From the IMG/VR virus record IMGVR_UViG_3300013114_000583, positions 64,001-128,000 of that record: DNA of 64,000 nt; one strand, given 5' to 3'. The notes under the pieces were generated by a model. The model was not told the origin of the DNA. It did not search any database and worked only from the letters and a program-made list of their open reading frames with translations. The translations under genes were made by a program, and so were the position numbers. Positions within the stretch are counted from its first letter, which is position 1. Each line of letters starts with the position of its first letter. Source of the stretch: a virus. This document shows positions 54,669 through 63,714 of this stretch, piece after piece.

Positions 54669-56682
54669 CCCTCAAGTTTAAACTAGCTATTATTTGTTCT
54701 ATCTCCTTTGACATACCAAGTATCTTTTTTTCTTCATTAAGAAAAGATTGTTCTTCCTCTACAACACCCCTTCCAAGTGATATGAGAGGACCTGCGCCTT
54801 TAAAGATGTTAGAAATATTCGATTTTGTTGTGGCTGAAGCGTAAGAGCCTTTTTTATTTTTGAGGCGGGGACCTGCGCCTTTTCTTTTATCATGTAAAAC
54901 TGGTTCATACCACCCATGAGATTTACTAGTCGTCGTTTGTTTTTTACTCTTATGTCGGCGACTTGCTTTCCCCAGATCGTCTCTTTTACCAGGTTCAGCT
55001 AATAGATCACCCTCAGGAGGCGCTTCAGCTTCAGGCGCATCGACTTCTGTTTCAGGACCAGGTTCTCCAGCGGCATCTTCAGTTCCCGGAACAGTTTCTG
55101 CTCCGGTTGCACCCTCTGGGGATCCTTCTAGGTCGAAACCTGCGGCGCCTTCATCTGGCATGCCTAGATCGCCACCCATGTCGCCGCCCAAATCGCCGCC
55201 GGCGGCTGCTTGTTCTGATTCGGCGGCCTGTTCGAGCAGTGCATCGAATTTACGATCATAAAACATCTCTCTTTGATTTCTAACAATCTCTTCGTCCGTA
55301 AGCCCAAACATTCTCTTAGCAATCCACCTTTTGCTAAAGTATCCTTCGGTGGCGCCTCCGGCGACTTCAAATTTGCTTTTCCAGTGCTCAAGCTCTTGTA
55401 GTTCAGCCAATTTACTCGGATTATTAAGTGCCACCTTAAAATTAACCAAGTCTTCATCACGAAAACCAAGAACATATAAATGCACAATCCCGACCTTTTC
55501 TAACTCTGTAATTACAGATCTTTGTAACCGCTGGATGGTTCTTGCGAATCTAATATCCTTCTGTGCCAGTGTGGTTTTATCTTCACTCCCTTCTTCGGCT
55601 TGAGAGAGATAAGATTGCGGAACCTTAAGCGCAGAAAAAAGTTTATCTCTAAGATATTTAACGTCGTCGATATCGCCCGTATACTGGCCTCCGGCCAAAG
55701 TTTCTATTTTGGTATTGTTGGCGCCGCGGATTGGAACAAAATAGTCTTCATCGATCGACATAGGGTTATACCTAAGATCAACACGACCAGTGTCCGGATC
55801 TACAACTTGGTGTCTTTTCATTTGAGTCATGACCTTTTGCATATACTGCTCAATGTCTTGAGGTGGAATATTCCCAACATCAATATAAAAAACCCTTCTT
55901 TCAGGGGAACGAACAATCCTATATGCCATCATGGCATCTTCTAAAAGAGTTAATTGACGCCAAATTCTTCGGGCTGGTTCCAATATCGAGGTCCCATATG
56001 GGTGATATTTGTCATTCCCCAGGATCCTAAAGTGACCAACCTGCCAATTTTCGAAAGTCATGCCTGCCGAATTCCACTGAAATTGTACATAGTTTGGATT
56101 TGTTTTGTCTTCTCCCTCCAGCCTCTCAAGCTCAGATGATGGCAAGCCAATTGCACTTTGGATGCCACGGGCCTCATCTATATCTAAATAAAGAAAAAAG
56201 TCTCCGTACTTACACATGGATCTGCACCAACCGAACAAGTTATATTCAATATTCAATACGCTAAAATATAAGTTTTGTAAAATAGTCTTTATTTCTTCGT
56301 TCGAACATTCGACACTTAACAGGGGCTGCAGTCGAGAATGTGTGGTCATCTCGTCGGCGTAAATATCAAGAGAGGATGCAATTTCAGGAGTGTACTCCAT
56401 TTGATCAAAATCGACGTATCTCTCCAAGCGCTGTTGGGACGCCATAACATTGGCTTGTAAATTAGAAAAAGGGTCATAAGCAGTTTTTTTAAACTGTTGG
56501 CCAGAGGCCGAAGTAAATCGGCTTGCAAATTTATCTAAATCAACTCTTCTTATTCGTCGACCAGTTTGAGTCTTGTAATTTAACAGAGGCCCTGATAAAA
56601 GCCTAGTTAGCCTTTTAAATAAAAGGTTTTCTTGATTTTTTGTATTATTGCCGCTATCGCTACTATTGTTTTGTTCTGCCAT
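54652..56682 (-). CDS. Portal protein (gp20-like)
   Basis: PEIASSLDIYADE, LLEDAMMAYRIVRSPERRVFYIDVGN, EDYFVP, IDDVKYL..KLF.ALKVP. Confidence 0.96.
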   Translation of the reverse strand: MAEQNNSSDSGNNTKNQENLLFKRLTRLLSGPLLNYKTQTGRRIRRVDLDKFASRFTSASGQQFKKTAYDPFSNLQANVMASQQRLERYVDFDQMEYTPEIASSLDIYADEMTTHSRLQPLLSVECSNEEIKTILQNLYFSVLNIEYNLFGWCRSMCKYGDFFLYLDIDEARGIQSAIGLPSSELERLEGEDKTNPNYVQFQWNSAGMTFENWQVGHFRILGNDKYHPYGTSILEPARRIWRQLTLLEDAMMAYRIVRSPERRVFYIDVGNIPPQDIEQYMQKVMTQMKRHQVVDPDTGRVDLRYNPMSIDEDYFVPIRGANNTKIETLAGGQYTGDIDDVKYLRDKLFSALKVPQSYLSQAEEGSEDKTTLAQKDIRFARTIQRLQRSVITELEKVGIVHLYVLGFRDEDLVNFKVALNNPSKLAELQELEHWKSKFEVAGGATEGYFSKRWIAKRMFGLTDEEIVRNQREMFYDRKFDALLEQAAESEQAAAGGDLGGDMGGDLGMPDEGAAGFDLEGSPEGATGAETVPGTEDAAGEPGPETEVDAPEAEAPPEGDLLAEPGKRDDLGKASRRHKSKKQTTTSKSHGWYEPVLHDKRKGAGPRLKNKKGSYASATTKSNISNIFKGAGPLISLGRGVVEEEQSFLNEEKKILGMSKEIEQIIASLNLRGDDET

Positions 56683-56684
56683 TT

Positions 56685-58274
56685 CTAACCCTTAAATAAC
56701 CAAGGAAACTGTTCTATGTTCCTCTTGTGAGCCTTCGCCGCGTCCGTGATTGAATCAGTGGTTTTATATCCCGACATTCCTTTTATAGAAGTGTTTAAAA
56801 CGCTGGAGCTTTTTGTTATGCTTTCCAAGAAGGCTTTTCTATATTCTACACTCTTTTTGTTTTCTGTTAAAGCAGTATCTCTAACCCAACAACCAATCGC
56901 CAAAGCCATTATTAAATCATCATTGTATGATCTCATCGCTTCTGGTCTTCCATGATTCCATATAAAAGTCTTCATCTCGGAATAAATTCTCCTAGAATAC
57001 AACGTAATTAGTTTATTGCGAACGAATTCTTCTAACTTCGATATTATTATTGGTCTCGTTTTTTGCGACATAGTAAAACCAGCAACCGCATTACTCTGCT
57101 GTTCACCAAGGTATTGCTCAACGTATTCATGTGTTGATTTTATTGAATAATATAAATTAGGGTATTCAAACTCCACCAATTTATCTAAAACTGCAAAACC
57201 GACAGAATTGTTCTCAACCACAAGCAGAGCTTCGTTATATTCTAAAGCAACATCATATAAAATTCTAGAAAAAATATCAGGTGTAATTTTTCCCCTATAT
57301 TCCGACACCACTTCCATGGTAGATAATTTAAAAACTAAAAATACCGAATAATCTTTTCCGTCGCCGCGGGCCACGTCTGCAGATATCAAATAATCTTCAC
57401 CGGATATTGAAGGTTCCCATATCCAGTTATTTCTATCAAAACCCGTTCTATACTTTGGATCTTTTAAGGTTTCATGTATGCTCTCTAAATCATCTGGGTG
57501 AAAGACTGTTTCTCCCGACATATTAAAGTTACACTCAAGCTCTTGCGCGATCTCGCGGCGTGACATGTTTTTGGTTTCTTTCGCATACCACTCGTTATCG
57601 CGGTCGGGGTGTACGTCCCAAGTCAACCTCATGGGTCGAAAATCATTAGAGCCTTCGACAGACTCAACATAGTTTCTGTGAAACCAATTCCCAACACCAT
57701 TAGGTGTGCTAAGAGCAATACATCGCCCACCCGTAGATAAAGTGGGATATAAGCCAACCCACAACTCATCCAAGCCTTCGACGTGTGCGGCCTCGTCTAT
57801 AACTAACAAAGAAAGAGCTTCTGAACGACCAGCGTCACCAGAGGTTGATGAAGCCTTTATTTGAGACCCGTTCGAAAGTTCAAACGAAGCTCTGTTATCT
57901 ATCTCCACTTTTGTTATATTTATCCATTCTGGTAGGTTTTTAATTATTGCCTTAACCTTTTTTACTAAATTTGCCGCGGTGGAAAATTTAGTTGCAATAA
58001 CTAAAACATTTTTTTCCCTATGAAAGATCATAAGCCACGCTATGTAGGCCGCAGTTATAGTTGAAATACCAAGTTGGCGGGCCTTCAGAATTATATTAAA
58101 CCTATTAGATTGAAAATAGTTTATCGCTTCTTCTTGAAAGTCATAAAGCTTAAAAGGTATGAGGCCGCGCTGGGGATGGGTTATTTTAGCGTAAGTGTTT
58201 ATAAAATATGCCGGGTCCTTGCCGCATCGAAGCAGCTCCTTCATGACCTGCTTCCTGTCTAAGAGGGGATCCAT
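56685..58274 (-). CDS. terL: Terminase large subunit (gp17-like)
   Basis: LYDFQ, KARQLGIS, IDEAAH, STPNG, ADVARG.G.DYS, VENN, DDLIMA. Confidence 0.96.
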   Translation of the reverse strand: MDPLLDRKQVMKELLRCGKDPAYFINTYAKITHPQRGLIPFKLYDFQEEAINYFQSNRFNIILKARQLGISTITAAYIAWLMIFHREKNVLVIATKFSTAANLVKKVKAIIKNLPEWINITKVEIDNRASFELSNGSQIKASSTSGDAGRSEALSLLVIDEAAHVEGLDELWVGLYPTLSTGGRCIALSTPNGVGNWFHRNYVESVEGSNDFRPMRLTWDVHPDRDNEWYAKETKNMSRREIAQELECNFNMSGETVFHPDDLESIHETLKDPKYRTGFDRNNWIWEPSISGEDYLISADVARGDGKDYSVFLVFKLSTMEVVSEYRGKITPDIFSRILYDVALEYNEALLVVENNSVGFAVLDKLVEFEYPNLYYSIKSTHEYVEQYLGEQQSNAVAGFTMSQKTRPIIISKLEEFVRNKLITLYSRRIYSEMKTFIWNHGRPEAMRSYNDDLIMALAIGCWVRDTALTENKKSVEYRKAFLESITKSSSVLNTSIKGMSGYKTTDSITDAAKAHKRNIEQFPWLFKG

Positions 58275-58867
58275 TATTTCCTTATGCCAAAACTCATCTT
58301 GTTGGGATTAAAGGGGTCAGACTTAACAGTGGGCGCGTCATCATTTTTCGCTTTTTTATCCGTCGCCAAAGAAAGAAAATCCTCCGTGGCTTTTATCAGA
58401 GGGTCTTTGCCGCGGCCAGTGTCAGGATCTTCCACTTCCGATAAGGACCCCACAGTATAATGTTGTTTTGCCAAAATCTGAACTCGTATTCTAGAAATGG
58501 GATTAACCTCCACTAAGACCTCTCCCTGTTTTTTTAAAGAAAGAGACTTGCCCGTGTTCTTCCTAAACTGCTTTTCTATAAATGATTTAACTTCTGAGAT
58601 TGTTTGTTCTATATCTGATTCAAAATTTTTATTATGAACCGACTTCATAGACTGTTCTTCAATATGATAAGAAAGGCAGACTCTGTCTCCACCGTACATT
58701 TTTACATTAAATCCGTCTATTACTCTCGAATCTAAAATGTTGTGACCCTCTTCTCTTCTTAGGCCAATTTTGACTGGCTTTCCTTCTCGATCATAAGCCC
58801 CATCATAACACAACTCTCCCAACACTTGAGACAACCCGTTTAGCACATTTAAAGTTTCTAATGACAT
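58274..58867 (-). CDS. Hypothetical protein
   Basis: ORF coupled to the terminase; YDGA...KIGLRREEG. Confidence 0.75.
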   Translation of the reverse strand: MSLETLNVLNGLSQVLGELCYDGAYDREGKPVKIGLRREEGHNILDSRVIDGFNVKMYGGDRVCLSYHIEEQSMKSVHNKNFESDIEQTISEVKSFIEKQFRKNTGKSLSLKKQGEVLVEVNPISRIRVQILAKQHYTVGSLSEVEDPDTGRGKDPLIKATEDFLSLATDKKAKNDDAPTVKSDPFNPNKMSFGIRK

Positions 58868-58869
58868 TT

Positions 58870-59244
58870 TTATTCCCCTTTTGGTCGCCAGCCATCTTGC
58901 CAGCGCTTTTCTCTAAATTCTACGAACTTTACGAAACATGTCTTGCAGCAATCAAATTTTATAAAATACATTTTATTAAAAATCTTCGGTTTGTAGAAAC
59001 CACATACATTACAATATTTTTTTTTGTTCAAATTAATTAGTTTTTCTGAAACTAAAAAACCATTATGTTCTTTTCTTCTTCTTTCTTTGCTGACGGCCGA
59101 AGTGGAAAGAGCTTTCAAATCTTGCAAATATTTCTTTTCTTTTTCTGGGCACCACAGACCTTTAGGATTAACTATTGTTTTTTCACCATACTTTTCGGCT
59201 ATTGCCCTCTCCAACTTAAAAGCGTAATCAGGATCTTCATTCAT
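58870..59244 (-). CDS. Hypothetical zinc-binding protein
   Basis: CNVC...CCKTC; C-terminal W..GWRP. Confidence 0.7.
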   Translation of the reverse strand: MNEDPDYAFKLERAIAEKYGEKTIVNPKGLWCPEKEKKYLQDLKALSTSAVSKERRRKEHNGFLVSEKLINLNKKKYCNVCGFYKPKIFNKMYFIKFDCCKTCFVKFVEFREKRWQDGWRPKGE

Positions 59245-59779
59245 GATTTATTGCCAACACTATTCCAGTAGTGAGCAAGACACCAGCAACAAAGCCTCCT
59301 GAAGCCCACCAAATCGTATAATCGTTTGGTCTCTTGAGGGCCGCGGCCGTGAGCTTTTTTATTTCTTCGTCTTTTATCAAAATAATTTTATTATATTGGG
59401 TTGTAAGTGTCTCAACTCTCAATTTTAAATTAGAAATTTGAAACTCACTCTTTATTTTTTGGCGCTCTGCTTCATATTTTAATTTAAGTTTACAAATGGC
59501 GCGTTGTCTTGCAGGAGCAGTAATTAAAACGGCATTAGCCTCGGAGTCATAGCACCAAGCTCCGCCATGGATGCTGCGGTCTGGGATGCCTTCTTCAATA
59601 TACGTAAAAGATCCAGGGTCTATTAAATAAGTCTCTGCGGGAAGTAACTGCGCATATGCAAAAAGTGGTATGATGCACAAAAAAGCACAAAGAAAAATCC
59701 TATTCCACAAATTTAATACCAAATTCCTTTTCAATTCTTTTCTTGATTTCATCCGGGTTTCCTTTCGAGGCTCGAACAA
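59237..59779 (-). CDS. Exported/membrane protein with coiled coil and C-terminal TM (spanin-like candidate)
   Basis: Signal-like IFLCAFLCIIPLFAYA, coiled coil, C-terminal WWASGGFVAGVLLTTGIVLA; true start probably near 59710. Confidence 0.55.
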   Translation of the reverse strand: MFEPRKETRMKSRKELKRNLVLNLWNRIFLCAFLCIIPLFAYAQLLPAETYLIDPGSFTYIEEGIPDRSIHGGAWCYDSEANAVLITAPARQRAICKLKLKYEAERQKIKSEFQISNLKLRVETLTTQYNKIILIKDEEIKKLTAAALKRPNDYTIWWASGGFVAGVLLTTGIVLAINHE

Positions 59780-60125
59780 CCTCCTTTATCTCATTCTTTT
59801 GCGATTCTGTAAGATTCTTTTTTTCTATTGCTAACTTTTCTTCCACATTTTCTAATGTATCTTCATATTTCTTAACCAAATTGTCTCTCATCAGGAGCTC
59901 ATCACTATGCGTACTTGTCAGGACCTCTAACTGCTCTTTATGAGACTGTCTTTTCGCCTCAATAACCTCAACTAATGCATCTGTGTTTCGACGAGTCAAA
60001 ACCCAGATCAACACAGACCAGGCTACTAAAAACGGAATTTGCCAGTGTTCCCTCAACCAAAGCCAAGCGCGAGAACACCAATTCCTAAATAATATCCAAC
60101 TCATCTTTTTCCTTTGTGGGCCCAT
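59700..60125 (-). CDS. N-terminal TM plus coiled-coil protein (i-spanin-like candidate)
   Basis: WQIPFLVAWSVLIWVL followed by a long charged coiled coil. Confidence 0.55.
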   Translation of the reverse strand: MGPQRKKMSWILFRNWCSRAWLWLREHWQIPFLVAWSVLIWVLTRRNTDALVEVIEAKRQSHKEQLEVLTSTHSDELLMRDNLVKKYEDTLENVEEKLAIEKKNLTESQKNEIKEVVRASKGNPDEIKKRIEKEFGIKFVE

Positions 60126-60312
60126 GCTTCCACTTAACTGCCATATCTACCAAGGCTTGAGTCCCAATATAAGCCAAAGTAATAGCAGTCCAGTTATCGC
60201 TGGTAACTGTCCCATAAGCGCAGAGAAATGTTGCCGTGAGCCAAGCTAAAAATTTTCTTGATATAAATTTCTCTGTATGTTTGTCGGCAAATGCCTTTAT
60301 TCTTGCCACCAT
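60085..60312 (-). CDS. Putative holin (2 TM)
   Basis: SRKFLAWLTATFL and ITLAYIG.QA.VD segments, charged C-terminus. Confidence 0.55.
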   Translation of the reverse strand: MVARIKAFADKHTEKFISRKFLAWLTATFLCAYGTVTSDNWTAITLAYIGTQALVDMAVKWKHGPTKEKDELDII

Positions 60313-60321
60313 GTATATCTC

Positions 60322-63300
60322 CTACATATTTACGTGCGCGAAGCCATCTTTTCTTTCAATATTTATCTGCATATCAACACAATCTTTTAAACTATCTAGA
60401 TGTGAAATCAATAAAACTGTTTTAAAATAGCCCTTCACCATATCTAAAATACGCACAAACCCCTCCATATTTTCCTCGTCCAAGGATGTCCCGGGTTCGT
60501 CTAATATAAACAAGTCCGATTTAGGCAAAGAAGAGACAGTCAAAAATGCCAAACGAATGGCCATCGAAGCTATGGTCTTTTCGGCTCCAGAGCCCATTTC
60601 CAAAGGACGAGGACCATATTGAGGGTGTTTTATAAAAATATCCAGCTTATCTTCGTTGTTTGTTATAAAAACCTCGAATTCCACAATATTAGTAAGAATT
60701 TTTGCAATCTCCTCGTTTATAAGCGGCAGCCTTTCCTTGATTATTTCATACGAGACGCCGCTAGGATGACAACACGTCATCAGCAAGTGATATGCAGCAA
60801 AATCATCTTTAAGCCTCTCGTATTCTCTGTGTTGCTCTAAGATATGACTAAGCTTCTGCTCCAAAGATCCATGCTCTTTGTGGAGCAGCATTATTTTGTT
60901 TTCACAAGCTTCCAACTCTAGCCTCTTTGCAGATGCTTCTTTTGCCAAATTGTCCCTCTTCGATAATAACCCTTTGAGATTTTCAATAGATTCCTTTTTG
61001 GTTTCATACTCTTTGCTCTTGCTTTGCAGGGTTTCCAGCTCAATCTGTTTTTTAAACAACAAACTATCAGACCTCTCGATATTAAGCTGGTTTGAAGCAA
61101 TAGAGTTGGCTAAGATACTCTTTCTTTCAACAAGATGAGTATATTTTTCTATATGAGTTTCCACTTTTTCAGGCTCTAGATCGTATATTAGACTTCCCAG
61201 CTCATTAGTTCTTTCTGTAATCCCGTACAACTTCTTTTCCGTAACTTGTATCAGATCAACAGCATTGTGTGCATCCTTAATAAACTTACAAGTAGGGAAC
61301 TGAGAACCGCATGGCACCTCTGACAACAAATCTTGCTTTTTTCTGTTTTCTACAATAATGTCGCTACATCTCTTCGATTCCTGAAAAGCTTTTTGCAATT
61401 CTTCCCTGTGAGAATCTATTAATTCTTTTTTTTCTTTGTACGTTGCTACCTCAAAAGTTGATAAAAAATCTTCAATCTTTTTATATTTTTCCTCACTATC
61501 CTTCAATCTTTGCAAAGATTCTGTTTTTTGCGAAGTCAGAGATAGAATGGAGGCCTGTTTTTGTGCAATTTCTCGCAAGGTTAAGATAGGATCAATAATC
61601 TCAGCAGGGACAGAGTTTATCTTTTCTTGTGTAGTTGATGAAGAATTTAAAATTTTTGAAATTTCACCCTTCAGGGAAGAGCAGATGGCCTTTTTGTTCT
61701 CTATCGAAATTTCACTCTTAACTATTTCCTTCTTTATGTTCGCGATTTCTGCTTCAAAATCAATGTCTTCCAGCCGTTTTAAAGACATTTTGGTCAAAGT
61801 AGAATCATCTTTGGCCATTTTAAACTTTTTATCAAAAATCTCTAAATCTAAAAATTTAGCCAAAAACTCTTTTCTCTTTGTGGAGCCCTCATTAATAAAA
61901 GAAAGAGAGTCCAGTTGAGAAGACATAGATGTCATTAAGAAATCCGAGTGAGTTCCAAAATACTTTCTAATGTTTTTATCAGTGTCCTGCCTGGAAGTGC
62001 CATTTAAACTTGTTTCATTGCCAATTTCATCTTCTGTAAAAAATTCTAAATCTGTACTGGCCTCTTGCGTTTCCACGCCCTTTAGTCTTTTGACATATTT
62101 TTCTGAGGTTCTTTCTATCACAAAATTTTTATCATGGATCTTGATGTGGGCCCGGGCCTTACAATCTTTTTTATTTTGGTTTATAACATTCAAATTTTTT
62201 CTTATTGACTTCGACGTAGTGTTGTGCAAACAATATAGTAAACTATCGACAATAGAAGATTTCCCAGAGTAATTTTTTCCGAACACTCCTACTATGCCCT
62301 CCAGGTTCGCAAAATTAATCTTATTGTTTTCCCCATAATTAAACAAGTTATCCCACTCTAGCGACTCTAAGGACCAGTGAACATTTCGTAAAACATCCTC
62401 ACTTTCTTCAATTTGCGTGTTATATTTTTTGTTTAAATCATAAACCTTCTTCATAACTTCTTCGGAAACTTCAAACTCTTTCAAATATTCCGCTATTAAT
62501 TCTTCCTGAGTTGGGAGACTGCGCAAGTCCTTTTTTTGAATTCCGTCGGGGGCCTGAACCTTTATTTTTTGACCAGCTGCCCTATTAAGGTAGGTGACCG
62601 ATTCGGGGCTATATCTATATTTAACAATATCCACTGCTTTGCGAACTTTGTCAAGAGTAACGTTTTCCTCTGATACAATTCTTAGGCGCGCCCCTGGTGG
62701 TGGTTTCAACCTGGGTAAATTCCCTTTCTTTGTTAAAGAAAGAGTTATGAAGGGCTTCGGGTTATTTAGGCCTATGTGCTGTGCAGTAAAAGTATCTTTA
62801 TCTTGTATATCCCATAATAAATACCCCTTTACTAGGGACTCACCAAAATTCTGCTGAATGGTGGAACCCGCATACCAAATCCTACCTTCCGCGTCCAATT
62901 TTTGAGTTTTATGAATATCCCCTAAAAACGCAAAATCGAAATCGTCAAAGATATCAATACTGTGATCTCCGCCAAGAGTCCAATTCGAATCGGTTTTTGA
63001 CTTGTCGATCGCCCCATGATACAAAGCTATGTTTATTGCATCCGCATTTGTTGGTTTTACCCAGTTTTCTTCATCGAAGACGGACAAGACATTGAGACAA
63101 AAATTATTAGTTAAATGTTTTTCACCAGCATTTTTAAGTAATACTAAATTAGGTGAATTAATCGCCCTTACTATCGGAGAAATGGCATCTTGACGACTTT
63201 CGTTGCGTAAATTGCCATCATGGTTACCTAAGATGATATAAGTGGGGGCAATCTCTGAAAGGTTTTCAAAAAAATCTCTGCACAAATCTACAAATTCAGG

Positions 63301-63459
63301 CGAAATTTGAGTTTTAGTGTGGGCAATATCACCGCAATGGATAATATAATCAACTTTTTCTTTTTTTAAAGATTCATATAGTTGTTTAAACACTTCCCTA
63401 TATTCAAAGTGATATTTTAAGTTACGAATGTGCGTATCCGCAATGTGTGCGAATTTCAT
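60322..63459 (-). CDS. Fused SbcD-SbcC (Mre11-Rad50; T4 gp47-gp46-like) recombination nuclease
   Basis: ADTH, GD, GNHD, YHG, LGDIH, YAGS phosphoesterase motifs; GKNYSGKS Walker A, CG..FPTC hook, SGAEK signature, LDEP, ISH. Confidence 0.95.
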   Translation of the reverse strand: MKFAHIADTHIRNLKYHFEYREVFKQLYESLKKEKVDYIIHCGDIAHTKTQISPEFVDLCRDFFENLSEIAPTYIILGNHDGNLRNESRQDAISPIVRAINSPNLVLLKNAGEKHLTNNFCLNVLSVFDEENWVKPTNADAINIALYHGAIDKSKTDSNWTLGGDHSIDIFDDFDFAFLGDIHKTQKLDAEGRIWYAGSTIQQNFGESLVKGYLLWDIQDKDTFTAQHIGLNNPKPFITLSLTKKGNLPRLKPPPGARLRIVSEENVTLDKVRKAVDIVKYRYSPESVTYLNRAAGQKIKVQAPDGIQKKDLRSLPTQEELIAEYLKEFEVSEEVMKKVYDLNKKYNTQIEESEDVLRNVHWSLESLEWDNLFNYGENNKINFANLEGIVGVFGKNYSGKSSIVDSLLYCLHNTTSKSIRKNLNVINQNKKDCKARAHIKIHDKNFVIERTSEKYVKRLKGVETQEASTDLEFFTEDEIGNETSLNGTSRQDTDKNIRKYFGTHSDFLMTSMSSQLDSLSFINEGSTKRKEFLAKFLDLEIFDKKFKMAKDDSTLTKMSLKRLEDIDFEAEIANIKKEIVKSEISIENKKAICSSLKGEISKILNSSSTTQEKINSVPAEIIDPILTLREIAQKQASILSLTSQKTESLQRLKDSEEKYKKIEDFLSTFEVATYKEKKELIDSHREELQKAFQESKRCSDIIVENRKKQDLLSEVPCGSQFPTCKFIKDAHNAVDLIQVTEKKLYGITERTNELGSLIYDLEPEKVETHIEKYTHLVERKSILANSIASNQLNIERSDSLLFKKQIELETLQSKSKEYETKKESIENLKGLLSKRDNLAKEASAKRLELEACENKIMLLHKEHGSLEQKLSHILEQHREYERLKDDFAAYHLLMTCCHPSGVSYEIIKERLPLINEEIAKILTNIVEFEVFITNNEDKLDIFIKHPQYGPRPLEMGSGAEKTIASMAIRLAFLTVSSLPKSDLFILDEPGTSLDEENMEGFVRILDMVKGYFKTVLLISHLDSLKDCVDMQINIERKDGFAHVNM

Positions 63460-63484
63460 TAAGGCTCCAGTATTTTACAGTACC

Positions 63485-63513
63485 ATATTAGCATACAAAC
63501 AAACAAAAATCAA
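63485..63513 (-). promoter_or_regulatory. Sigma70-like promoter for the sbcDC fusion
   Basis: TTGATT-17bp-TAATAT with TG extension. Confidence 0.6.
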
Positions 63514-63701
63514 GTTTTATTTGTGGCGGCGATGTGGGCTTGGACAACAGCATGAATTTTTATCAGGTCTTCGGGGCTTAAGTGTTTAATCTTCTCAATG
63601 GCCTCGGCTGCACTTTCAGACAAGTTTTCCTGTTCATCCAAAGTAAAATTAATTATCTCTTCTTTTATTATTCGTTTCAATTTTGTCTTTGATATTTTCA
63701 T
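63510..63701 (-). CDS. Small protein with N-terminal MKISKTKLKRIIKEEI motif
   Basis: GAGG RBS; late motif at 63742-63748. Confidence 0.75.
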   Translation of the reverse strand: MKISKTKLKRIIKEEIINFTLDEQENLSESAAEAIEKIKHLSPEDLIKIHAVVQAHIAATNKT

Positions 63702-63714
63702 TTAATGAAACTCC

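Noticed and set aside
8385-58274. Inteins or introns in DnaE, RNR, helicase, RecA or terminase
   Set aside because: Lengths are ordinary, motifs are contiguous, and no intein or homing-endonuclease signatures were seen
311-62857. The many plus-strand ORFs in the track (e.g. 40714-41574, 48433-49002, 30813-31331)
   Set aside because: They are antisense shadows of well-supported minus-strand genes, with no motifs or RBS support
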